IMG/VR virus record: IMGVR_UViG_2737471840_000002
Location: 1-12,082 of that record
Source of the DNA: a virus
Taxonomy: Duplodnaviria; Heunggongvirae; Uroviricota; Caudoviricetes
DNA: 12,082 nucleotides
Reading direction: 5' to 3' (one strand)
The translations under genes were made by a program, and so were the position numbers. The notes beneath the pieces are model-generated. The model saw only the letters and a program-made list of their open reading frames with translations, made no database searches and had not been told where the DNA came from. Every line of letters begins with the position of its first letter. Position 1 is the stretch's first letter. Positions 1 through 6,821 of the stretch are shown one piece after another.

Positions 1-61
1 ATTGAGTGGGAATGATTAACAGCTAACTCATAGCAACTCATTCCTATTCAGATACTAATTT

Positions 62-94
62 AACCCTCTGTTTTTACAGAGGGTTTTTGTTTTT
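62..94 (+). terminator. Rho-independent terminator (10-bp stem 62-71/76-85, loop TTTT, then T-rich tract)
   Basis: Seen in sequence: aaccctctgt-tttt-acagagggtt followed by tttgttttt. Probably terminates an upstream + strand gene outside the window (possibly the integration target gene). Confidence 0.7.
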
Positions 95-140
95 ATGTAT
101 TCATTTCTATTCACTCTACACCATATTTTTCGGCGGTACA

Positions 141-180
141 GGTGACGGTATTACCTTAAAGGTATACTCTCATACCGTCA
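141..180 (+). promoter_or_regulatory. Integrase upstream control region: operator-like site TTACCTTAAAGGTAT (151-165), -10-like TATACT (163-168), nested inverted repeats TGACGGTA (144-151)/TACCGTCA (173-180) and GGTAT-N6-ATACC (161-176)
   Basis: Direct inspection; the palindromes are exact. The operator-like site matches the TTACC-N5-GGTAA motif found elsewhere in the window at 9 of 10 positions. Confidence 0.45.
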
Positions 181-207
181 TGAAAATGGTTTCTATACGG
201 GTGAATT

Positions 208-1464
208 GTGCTTACCGATACAAAATTAAAAAACCTCAAGCCGCAGGACAAACTGTACAAGGTCTCCGATCGTGACGGGCTGTATGTAGCTGTGCTTACG
301 TCAGGCACGGTCTCGTTTCGCTACGACTACCGTATCAACGGTCGCCGCGAAACGCTGGTAATCGGGCAGTATGGGCGTGACGGTATCAGCCTGGCAGAAG
401 CGCGAGAAGAACTGATTGCTGCAAAGAAGCTGCTTAAAGCAGGCCAGTCACCGGCTGCGGCTAAACGTGACGGTATCAAAAAGATTCGTGGTGCCGAGAC
501 GTTTGCGGTACATACCGACAGTTATATGAAACACGTCATCCTGGCTGACAGTACCCGCGCAATGAAACAGGCGGTGATCGACCGTGACATACTTCCGGTT
601 CTTGGCAATAAAATGATGGCTGAAATTACCACATCGATGGTTCGTGATTTGTGTGACCGGATTGTCGAACGCGGTGGCCGGGCAACAGCAGTGCAGGCCA
701 GGGAGATCATCAGCAGCGTATACCGTCATGCCAATGACCGTGGTCATGGTTTGTTTAATCCTGCGGCTGACATTAAACCTTCGTCTATCGCCATATTTAA
801 ACCACGAGAGCGAACACTGACACCAGAAGAAATTGGCCTGTTCTTCCGCACGCTGGATGCCATTGGTGCTATGGGCACTATGAAAATGGCTTTAAAGCTG
901 GTGCTTATCACTATGGTTCGTAAAGGCGAATTCACCAATGCAACGTGGGATGAAATAGATTTTAAAAAATGGACATGGACAATTCCTTCAGACCGCATGA
1001 AGGGAAGCCGGGCGCACGTTATTTACCTGCCTAAACAGGCACAGGATATATTGGTTGGGTTGCAGATGTGCGCTGGTGGAAGTGAATATCTGGTTCCTGG
1101 TCGTTACAATTTCCGGAAGCCATTATCTAATGCCGCGCTGAACTCTCTGATCGACAGAACGGTGAAAATAATAAATGAAGATGGTGAGCATATTCAGGAC
1201 TTCACCGTACACGATATGCGCCGTACAGCAAGTACGTTGTTGCATGAGGCTGGTTATCCTTCAGACTGGATTGAAAAGGCTCTGGCACATGAGCAGAAAG
1301 GTGTGCGCGCCGTATATAACAAAGCGGAATACGCCAGACAGCGCGCCTACATGTTGCAGCAGTGGGCCGATATGATTGATTCCTGGATTGACGGGGAGCA
1401 TACGGATCTGATTCCGTTCTCCCCGTCGAAGTTTGAGAAGTGGATGGAAGACAGTAATAAATAA
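208..1464 (+). CDS. int: Tyrosine-type site-specific integrase, P4-like (N-terminal DUF4102-type arm-binding domain)
   Basis: GTG start at 208. N-terminus LTDTKLKNLKP...DGLYVAV is typical of P4-family integrases; C-terminal catalytic region has HDMRRTASTLL (R, H) and LAHEQKGVRAVYNKAEY (catalytic Tyr context). 418 aa. Confidence 0.9.
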   Translation: MLTDTKLKNLKPQDKLYKVSDRDGLYVAVLTSGTVSFRYDYRINGRRETLVIGQYGRDGISLAEAREELIAAKKLLKAGQSPAAAKRDGIKKIRGAETFAVHTDSYMKHVILADSTRAMKQAVIDRDILPVLGNKMMAEITTSMVRDLCDRIVERGGRATAVQAREIISSVYRHANDRGHGLFNPAADIKPSSIAIFKPRERTLTPEEIGLFFRTLDAIGAMGTMKMALKLVLITMVRKGEFTNATWDEIDFKKWTWTIPSDRMKGSRAHVIYLPKQAQDILVGLQMCAGGSEYLVPGRYNFRKPLSNAALNSLIDRTVKIINEDGEHIQDFTVHDMRRTASTLLHEAGYPSDWIEKALAHEQKGVRAVYNKAEYARQRAYMLQQWADMIDSWIDGEHTDLIPFSPSKFEKWMEDSNK

Positions 1465-1466
1465 TT

Positions 1467-2126
1467 CTATCCTTCCTGGACTTTGGTAAGCGTCAGATTT
1501 CCGCAGAACACTGCGCCGGTGTCGATGTACATCTGGTTTGCATACACCAGTGGGTGATGTGCTGGCGTATGACCGAAGATGAACAAATCGGCACCGGTTA
1601 TCTCCGAGACAATACCGTCCTGCGCGTCGCTAACCCGTTCACGATTCCATATCACCATTTCTTCTGGTACTGGCTTATCGAATGCGTATTCGTTGTGCGG
1701 GTAGTCTGCGTGACAGATGACGACCTTCTTATTGCCGGTAACCAGTTCGATAATCATCGGGAGGTTGGTAATCTTTGGCAGAAGGTATTTGAGTTGCACA
1801 TCCTGCTCAGAATCAAGTTGGTGCCACCATCCACCGCCGTTTGACATCCAATGTCCGAAACTTCCGCCGTTGACCAGTGCATCCAGCATCATCTGCTCAT
1901 GGTTGCCACGAACAGCTCGGAACCACGGCATAGTAATCAAATCCAGGCATTCGACGTTTTCAGCGCCGCGGTCAACAAGGTCACCAACGGAAATAAGTAA
2001 ATCGCGCGCCGGGTCGAATGAAACTTTGTCGAGTTCGTTCATCAGCAGCGTGTAGCACCCATGCAGATCGCCGACGACGAAGATATTGCACCAGTCAGCG
2101 CCATTGATGCGTTGATATAGGTTCAT
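1467..2126 (-). CDS. Lambda-type Ser/Thr protein phosphatase (PPP-family metallophosphoesterase; PrpA/PrpB/NinI-like)
   Basis: Motifs GDLHG, GDLVDRG, GNHE in canonical order; strong recalled similarity to E. coli PrpA. Start assigned to internal ATG ([12 protein letters not shown]...) at 2126, forming an ATGA overlap with the upstream gene stop; the track ORF extends to 2246 but that would overlap the methylase gene. Confidence 0.88.
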   Translation of the reverse strand: MNLYQRINGADWCNIFVVGDLHGCYTLLMNELDKVSFDPARDLLISVGDLVDRGAENVECLDLITMPWFRAVRGNHEQMMLDALVNGGSFGHWMSNGGGWWHQLDSEQDVQLKYLLPKITNLPMIIELVTGNKKVVICHADYPHNEYAFDKPVPEEMVIWNRERVSDAQDGIVSEITGADLFIFGHTPAHHPLVYANQMYIDTGAVFCGNLTLTKVQEG

Positions 2127-2773
2127 GCTGCACGCTCCCGCCCCTGGTTGTCTATTGGTGACACCGGAGCATTGCTGAATGCATTTGTTAATCCGCCAAT
2201 ATCCAACGCGTATCCAGGGTGTAGTTGCACTGCCGGGTCTTCGCACTGATTACCCCAAACATCGAAGCCATGAGACGACTGGCGGGCGAACAGTTCAATG
2301 CGAGAAACATCGCCTAACAATTGCACAAGTTTTTCACGAACGACATCTGGTTTTCTTGAATGCTCAAGCCGCGGTGCGGTAAATGACTGAACGATCCCTG
2401 CATTAATGCGCGGAGGTAGTTTTCCCTTTACTGCAAACAGGCAATCTTCACTATTGGCGCGAGTCATGTGTCCCATACCCATAACCAGTTTATCTGGTTG
2501 TCGACTACCACATTTTATCCACGTGAAGCCCTTCATCGTCATCAGACGGAATCCCCAGGCTTCAACAACTTTTAGTGCTTCGAGTGGTTGTGTTGGCACC
2601 CACCACATGGCCAACAGACAGTTTTCATCGGCCAAATCCCACACAGGAAGGCGGCAGATATCCAGCACACTCATAACCGGATATTTAAAACCGGCACCGC
2701 GATTACCATCTGCGGCTTTGTCCCGGTATACCCAGGGTGGATCTGCATAGATTAGTGTGTATTTCTTAGTCAT
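2123..2773 (-). CDS. MT-A70 family DNA N6-adenine methyltransferase (orphan, no cognate restriction gene visible)
   Basis: N-terminal motif LIYADPPW (DPPW catalytic motif) right after start MTKKY; ATG at 2773 preceded by GGGGTGG SD-like sequence; track ORF starts 12 nt further upstream at GTG 2785. Confidence 0.8.
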   Translation of the reverse strand: MTKKYTLIYADPPWVYRDKAADGNRGAGFKYPVMSVLDICRLPVWDLADENCLLAMWWVPTQPLEALKVVEAWGFRLMTMKGFTWIKCGSRQPDKLVMGMGHMTRANSEDCLFAVKGKLPPRINAGIVQSFTAPRLEHSRKPDVVREKLVQLLGDVSRIELFARQSSHGFDVWGNQCEDPAVQLHPGYALDIGGLTNAFSNAPVSPIDNQGRERAA

Positions 2774-3065
2774 AAACCACCCCACAACATCCTATGCCGC
2801 TATAGTCGCCACGGCGAAGGCCGTTACCGTTTGTGATACATTGGTCCCTGCGAACCGCGATCCTTGCACGCTCAACATCACCAGAAGCAACATCCATACA
2901 CTGAAGCCAAAGGTGGGCGGCAATGCGGAACTGCCCTTTTTTCTCTCTTTCAATCGCGCGTTTTTCGATCTCTATCGCCGCAGGAGTAACGGCAACAACC
3001 TTTGAAGGGCTGCGCATTGAAACCTTGTTCATGTGATATTTTTCAAGTCGGCTTAACTTTCTCAC
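2766..3065 (-). CDS. Hypothetical protein (99 aa from GTG 3065; alternative ATG starts at 3032 or 3017)
   Basis: ORF in same orientation as flanking operon genes, overlaps methylase start by 8 nt (coupling). No motif recognised. Start uncertain. Confidence 0.5.
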   Translation of the reverse strand: MRKLSRLEKYHMNKVSMRSPSKVVAVTPAAIEIEKRAIEREKKGQFRIAAHLWLQCMDVASGDVERARIAVRRDQCITNGNGLRRGDYSGIGCCGVVYD

Positions 3066-3149
3066 TTAATCCAACCCTCTCTGAAAATTAATGCCAGCAG
3101 ATAAAGCCATGCTGAAACAGAGGCCAGGAATAAGTACCATCCTGACCAT
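3066..3149 (-). CDS. Candidate 27-aa hydrophobic micro-ORF (MVRMVLIPGLCFSMALSAGINFQRGLD)
   Basis: Not in the ORF track (too short). ATG at 3149-3147 preceded by GGAG; stop abuts GTG 3065 of the next ORF; fills most of the 109-nt gap after the AlpA-like gene. Could be chance. Confidence 0.25.
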   Translation of the reverse strand: MVRMVLIPGLCFSMALSAGINFQRGLD

Positions 3150-3174
3150 TTGCTCCAGTGCCTTAGCAGCGCAC

Positions 3175-3423
3175 TCATGCAGCGTTGCTCACAGGACGAT
3201 ATACACGTTGCTGAACAGGAGGCTTTTTACCCTGGAACTCTGCCGGGCTTGCTGCCTGACGTTCATCAAGCCAACGCTCAACTTCATCACGGTTCCATGC
3301 GCAGCGTTTATCGGTGATATACCAGCGTTTAGGAAATTCCCCTGCGCGCTCCATACGGTCGATAGTGCTCCATGACAGTGGCACCACCGCCAGGAGTTCC
3401 TTCTTACCTAATGCACCTTTCAT
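3175..3423 (-). CDS. AlpA-family phage regulatory protein (excisionase-like HTH; Phage_AlpA/MerR-like fold)
   Basis: 82 aa; the segment KKELLAVVPLSWSTIDRMERAGEFPKRWYITDKRCAWNRDEVERWLDE matches the AlpA/Xis-type winged-helix pattern (conserved W after the HTH, EV..W). RBS AGAGAGG 6 nt upstream of ATG 3423. Confidence 0.75.
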   Translation of the reverse strand: MKGALGKKELLAVVPLSWSTIDRMERAGEFPKRWYITDKRCAWNRDEVERWLDERQAASPAEFQGKKPPVQQRVYRPVSNAA

Positions 3424-3444
3424 AAATACCTCTCTTGGTTGCAG

Positions 3445-3465
3445 TGCGGCGCGCGTGGCGCCGCG
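3445..3465 (-). other. GC-only stem-loop (7-bp stem gcggcgc / gcgccgc, 5-nt loop) in the recT-alpA intergenic spacer, no U-tract
   Basis: Seen in sequence between stop of 3473-4354 gene and start of 3175-3423 gene. Confidence 0.5.
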
Positions 3466-3472
3466 GTGGTGG

Positions 3473-4354
3473 TTACATAGATGTTTCGTTTAATTCTTCC
3501 CGACGAACGCTGTAAACGTCGGTGGCTTTTGCCAGCAGTTCGTCATCATCTGAAAGTTTTTGTGCAATGTATTTGTAAGCCTTATCCAGTTCGGAGACAG
3601 TGCTGTAATTCATCGCTGCGCTGGTAAAGGCCATCAGCATTTCTTCTGGATCACGGCTATCCGCTTTACGCGTTTGCTCATCAGGCTTTTTCGCTGGTTT
3701 AGCGTTGATCAGACTGTTCATTCCCGCAGCAGTGGTCGTTTGCGGAGTAATGTCTCGCTCAACGCGCGGTGCCGTTTCCTGTAATTCGTCAGGGGTGTAA
3801 ACACCGAGAAGTACATCAGGAGCGTGCAGGCGAGCCCATCGTTTCGTGCAAAGATAGGCAAGCTGCTGGCGCGGATCCTGTTCCCACAATGGAGAGTTAC
3901 GCACTCCGGCTTGCGCCATACTGATGGTAAGCTCACGGGGTTCTGCTTCTCCTTTAAGAACTGCTGACACAGTTACCGTCAGATTCGGTGATTTATCTGT
4001 TTTGCCGTTAACATTCGACCAGTCACCGCTCCAGCGATAATTCAGGCGTGTCGCTAGCAGGCTGGAAGAGGATACGACCGCGTTTACCAACTGTGCTTCG
4101 TAGCCTAACGTTCCGTTTACCACATGCGTTTTCTGCGCCACGGCGAAAGGATTCATTCCCCACTGTGCCGCCTGCATGGTCACCGCCAGACAATCGGCAG
4201 TTTTGCCTTCAAGATGTTTCGGTACAGTCGCTTTGCTTTGTGACATCAACTCCGCGAAACGCACCAGTTGATTCATGCCCTCCGGGCTGAAGATTGCCGC
4301 AGCAGTACCTACAGTTGCGCCTGGTTGTGATGTGATTGCGATATCATTGCTCAT
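3473..4354 (-). CDS. Putative phage single-strand annealing protein / recombinase (RecT/Bet-like)
   Basis: 293 aa; immediately downstream of and ATGA-coupled to a PD-(D/E)xK exonuclease, the classic exo+SSAP pairing. Family assignment is by context and loose recall, not by a confirmed motif. Confidence 0.55.
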   Translation of the reverse strand: MSNDIAITSQPGATVGTAAAIFSPEGMNQLVRFAELMSQSKATVPKHLEGKTADCLAVTMQAAQWGMNPFAVAQKTHVVNGTLGYEAQLVNAVVSSSSLLATRLNYRWSGDWSNVNGKTDKSPNLTVTVSAVLKGEAEPRELTISMAQAGVRNSPLWEQDPRQQLAYLCTKRWARLHAPDVLLGVYTPDELQETAPRVERDITPQTTTAAGMNSLINAKPAKKPDEQTRKADSRDPEEMLMAFTSAAMNYSTVSELDKAYKYIAQKLSDDDELLAKATDVYSVRREELNETSM

Positions 4355-5172
4355 ACGTACATATCCTGTTTACGTGCCCAGTCAGGGCGTTTAATAATTT
4401 CCACTCCGCCCCACTCATCGTTGATGCGGCATTCGTGATAGGTATTCAGATCCCGGCGGAACAGAGCGTGCCCGGCATCGACATCCGGCGCATCCAGCTC
4501 GAACACGCGTACCGGATACCGACCACAATCAATGCTTTCGCTCACGGCAAGAAAGAAAAAACCATGCGGCTGACCAGTAACCTTCATTGCGCCTTCGCGG
4601 TACATTGCGTCCTGCACGTGGTAGCGGAATTCCTCGATGTGGCGTGCAAAACGGTCCATATCTGCAACCTTTTTCACGTCGACGATCACGTTGTGCTCGT
4701 TCAGCCATTTGTCTGGACGAATGCGGCACAACTCACCAGTATCTTCATCGTTCCAGTACATTGATGCTTCGCAGTAACCAGGTGCTTCCAGCATCCAGCG
4801 TGCCGCCGGGTGAGCCATTGCGCTATCACGCATCAGCTCCAGTTTCCGCCACTGCTCGGCATCAAGTACCGTAATCCCCATATCCGCCACATCACGAAGA
4901 AATGCCTCTTCGTCAGCTTTACCTTGTTTCGTCCGACGATCGAATTTCGGTGAAACAATGAAGCGTTTGTCGAACTCTCCAGGCTCCAGAAGCAGACAGT
5001 GCAATGCAGTTCCCATATCCAGTGCAGACTTTTTCTCTTCGTCTTCTGGTGCTGCCTGAACCCATTTAAGAAGCGCCGGATTCTTGGCAACCATGTCTAG
5101 TTGCGACTTACTCACGCCGTCACCGGCGTGGTAGTCTTCGTTGCTGATGTCGAAATAAATTCCCGGTTTCAT
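4351..5172 (-). CDS. PD-(D/E)xK-superfamily nuclease (phage recombination exonuclease, RecE C-terminal domain/YqaJ-like)
   Basis: 273 aa; acidic/K motif region (…NVIVDVKKVADMD…), located in recombination module; ATGA overlaps on both sides. Confidence 0.6.
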   Translation of the reverse strand: MKPGIYFDISNEDYHAGDGVSKSQLDMVAKNPALLKWVQAAPEDEEKKSALDMGTALHCLLLEPGEFDKRFIVSPKFDRRTKQGKADEEAFLRDVADMGITVLDAEQWRKLELMRDSAMAHPAARWMLEAPGYCEASMYWNDEDTGELCRIRPDKWLNEHNVIVDVKKVADMDRFARHIEEFRYHVQDAMYREGAMKVTGQPHGFFFLAVSESIDCGRYPVRVFELDAPDVDAGHALFRRDLNTYHECRINDEWGGVEIIKRPDWARKQDMYV

Positions 5173-5468
5173 GCCGCGTCCCTCTGTCCATCAAGCTGAT
5201 CCGCCAGATCCCAGCGGGCGATAATTGCCATTGCCTCTCGCCGATAGGCATCCATCAGTTCTTCGAACTCAGGGCTGTCTTTAGCAGCCTCCAGTACTTC
5301 CTGACGAACGCCTTTGACTGTTACAACGTCGAAAGTTGAGGACAGTTGATGAAGTCGGATGCTCTCAATCAGTTCAACTTGTCGGTCATATAGCTGTTCT
5401 GACAGGCGGTAGTCCTTGTCGAATGCCAGCATGATTTTTTGAAGATTTTTCTGCTGATTAACGTTCAT
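5169..5468 (-). CDS. Hypothetical protein (99 aa from ATG 5468; track gives 101 aa from GTG 5474)
   Basis: RBS GAGGTG upstream of ATG 5468; stop overlaps exonuclease start (ATGA). Confidence 0.6.
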   Translation of the reverse strand: MNVNQQKNLQKIMLAFDKDYRLSEQLYDRQVELIESIRLHQLSSTFDVVTVKGVRQEVLEAAKDSPEFEELMDAYRREAMAIIARWDLADQLDGQRDAA

Positions 5469-5475
5469 ACCCACC

Positions 5476-6510
5476 TCAATATTTGATATACGCGTCCTGC
5501 ACTTTGCCGCCAGCGATAGCCAACATTGCTTTCTGCGCGAATTCTTCGGGAATGCCTTGGGCTATCAGATCTGCGATTACTCTGCGGTTAACGGTACGGC
5601 GATGCTCTTTATCTGCAGCTCGGCGCGCTTCTTCGTCGGCGATACGCTTCTGTTCGTCAAGGCGGGCTTTTTCTGCCGCCTCTTGGCGTCGGCGTTCCTC
5701 GGCAACGGCTTCTTCTTTTTCGCGTCGTGCGCGCTGCTCTGCTTCAATTCGCTGACGTTCTGCTACTTCAGCACGTGCTTTTTCTTCCGCCGCCAGGCGT
5801 GCCGCAGCCTCAATTTCAGCTTTCGCTTTTTGTTCAGCTTCGAGCCTGGCCTGTTCAGCAGCTTCCCGGCGGATATTCTCTTCTCGCTCAATGCGCGCTT
5901 TTTCCTCCGCTTCTTTGCGAAGTCGCTCCAGCTCAGCGGCTTCATGCTCGCGTTTTTGAGCTACTGCGAGTGATTCTTCCAGTTTCTGGATGGTTGAATC
6001 CTTGGCTACTCCAGCTTCTGCTGCGTACTCCTGCCAACTTTCATCAAGTGCTACTGATTTAGCCTCTTGAATTCGTTCCTGAATATCAGATGATGGCAAG
6101 TAGTTTCCGGAGAGATCGATCACGTCAGCTAGTGCTCGCAAATTTGTCAGGCGTTGTTGCAGTGCTTCAGTGCGTAATTTCTCAGCATTTTCCCACTCGG
6201 TGAGTGGGCGGCGTACTTCATCACGAAGACGATCGCATTCGGTTACGAAGCGTCGTAACTCTGCTTCAACTACTTTCGGCTGTTCTTTCAGGCGTTTCAG
6301 ATAATCACGTCCTGGTTTTTCTACCGCTGTTTTACTTCTTGAAACCTTCGCAGCCAGAGATGCAATGCGCTTTCTGCCTTTGTCTGTGCTAATGTCAGGC
6401 ACTTCATTAACACCTTCACGGATCTGCTCGAGAAACTTTTCCAGCCCTTTTTCAACGTAAATTCTTGGTGCCATGTCTGGTGTGATTTCGATGATTGACA
6501 ATTCACTCAT
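5476..6510 (-). CDS. Hypothetical phage protein with long E/A/R/K-rich coiled-coil (low-complexity) segment
   Basis: 344 aa; residues about 185-300 are an (E-A-x-x-K/R-A-R)n-like charged helix; globular N- and C-terminal parts. Function not recognised. Confidence 0.7.
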   Translation of the reverse strand: MSELSIIEITPDMAPRIYVEKGLEKFLEQIREGVNEVPDISTDKGRKRIASLAAKVSRSKTAVEKPGRDYLKRLKEQPKVVEAELRRFVTECDRLRDEVRRPLTEWENAEKLRTEALQQRLTNLRALADVIDLSGNYLPSSDIQERIQEAKSVALDESWQEYAAEAGVAKDSTIQKLEESLAVAQKREHEAAELERLRKEAEEKARIEREENIRREAAEQARLEAEQKAKAEIEAAARLAAEEKARAEVAERQRIEAEQRARREKEEAVAEERRRQEAAEKARLDEQKRIADEEARRAADKEHRRTVNRRVIADLIAQGIPEEFAQKAMLAIAGGKVQDAYIKY

Positions 6511-6518
6511 TTGCTAAC

Positions 6519-6668
6519 CTACTCCCATATCTCGTTATCGTTGGCCACATCGCGAGCTTCTTTGCTGACGAAAGCCCACTTAATGCCTTCCTGTAAGGTG
6601 CGGAACTTCCAGCTCATGAATCCGCATGCAGTAACGCAGTACCAACCGTTGATGATTTTCCACTGCAT
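6519..6668 (-). CDS. Candidate small protein, 49 aa (MQWKIINGWYCVTACGFMSWKFRTLQEGIKWAFVSKEARDVANDNEIWE), first gene after pL-like promoter
   Basis: Not in ORF track (<60 aa). ATG 6668-6666 with GAGG 9 nt upstream; stop 8 nt before start of 344-aa gene. Confidence 0.45.
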   Translation of the reverse strand: MQWKIINGWYCVTACGFMSWKFRTLQEGIKWAFVSKEARDVANDNEIWE

Positions 6669-6687
6669 AACTTGTTACCTCGGTCTG

Positions 6688-6702
6688 TTACCGTTGAGGT
6701 AA
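6688..6702. promoter_or_regulatory. Operator-like palindrome TTACC-GTTGA-GGTAA (OL-proximal, overlapping pL -10/+1)
   Basis: Exact 5+5 inverted repeat with 5-bp spacer. Confidence 0.6.
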
Positions 6703-6730
6703 TAATTATGCGTATATGGTTTGATGTCAA
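6700..6730 (-). promoter_or_regulatory. pL-like promoter: -35 TTGACA (plus coords 6725-6730), AT-rich -10 (about 6702-6708)
   Basis: Consensus -35 hexamer on minus strand, 16-17 bp spacer to AATTAT/TAATTA; flanked by two operator palindromes. Confidence 0.5.
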
Positions 6731-6749
6731 TAGATATGAGTTAAAAAAA

Positions 6750-6764
6750 TTACCAGTTAGGTAA
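6750..6764. promoter_or_regulatory. Operator-like palindrome TTACC-AGTTA-GGTAA (OL-distal)
   Basis: Exact 5+5 inverted repeat with 5-bp spacer. Confidence 0.6.
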
Positions 6765-6776
6765 TCGAATAGGCAA

Positions 6777-6800
6777 TAAAAAAGCCGCCATAAGGCGGCT
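6777..6800 (-). terminator. Rho-independent terminator for repressor gene (stem agccgcc/ggcggct, loop, then 6 U on minus strand)
   Basis: Seen in sequence 22 nt downstream of repressor stop. Confidence 0.75.
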
Positions 6801-6821
6801 TACTTACTGAAAAATATGGTT

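Noticed and set aside
1-61. Possible tRNA 3' end or attL core at the window start
   Set aside because: No cloverleaf-compatible structure or CCA-end context can be recognised in the available 61 nt; the att core cannot be defined without the other prophage end or the empty site.
66-81. CTGT...ACAG resembling a LexA box
   Set aside because: Spacer is 4 nt, not the 8 nt of a LexA box; it is simply part of the terminator stem.
87-275. 62-aa + strand ORF overlapping the integrase start
   Set aside because: Lies over the terminator and promoter region and runs into the integrase gene in another frame; no RBS; the integrase assignment is far stronger.
1072-1079. Chi sequence GCTGGTGG inside the integrase gene
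   Set aside because: A single Chi octamer in 12 kb is about the background expectation for enterobacterial DNA; no clustering.
3091-3375. 94-aa + strand ORF
   Set aside because: Antisense to the well-supported AlpA-like gene and the early-left operon; Cys/Ala-rich translation typical of a shadow frame.
5483-6062. Several + strand ORFs (90, 138, 111 aa) with Ala/Ser/Arg/Phe-rich low-complexity translations
   Set aside because: They are antisense shadows of the low-complexity coiled-coil coding region of the 344-aa gene.
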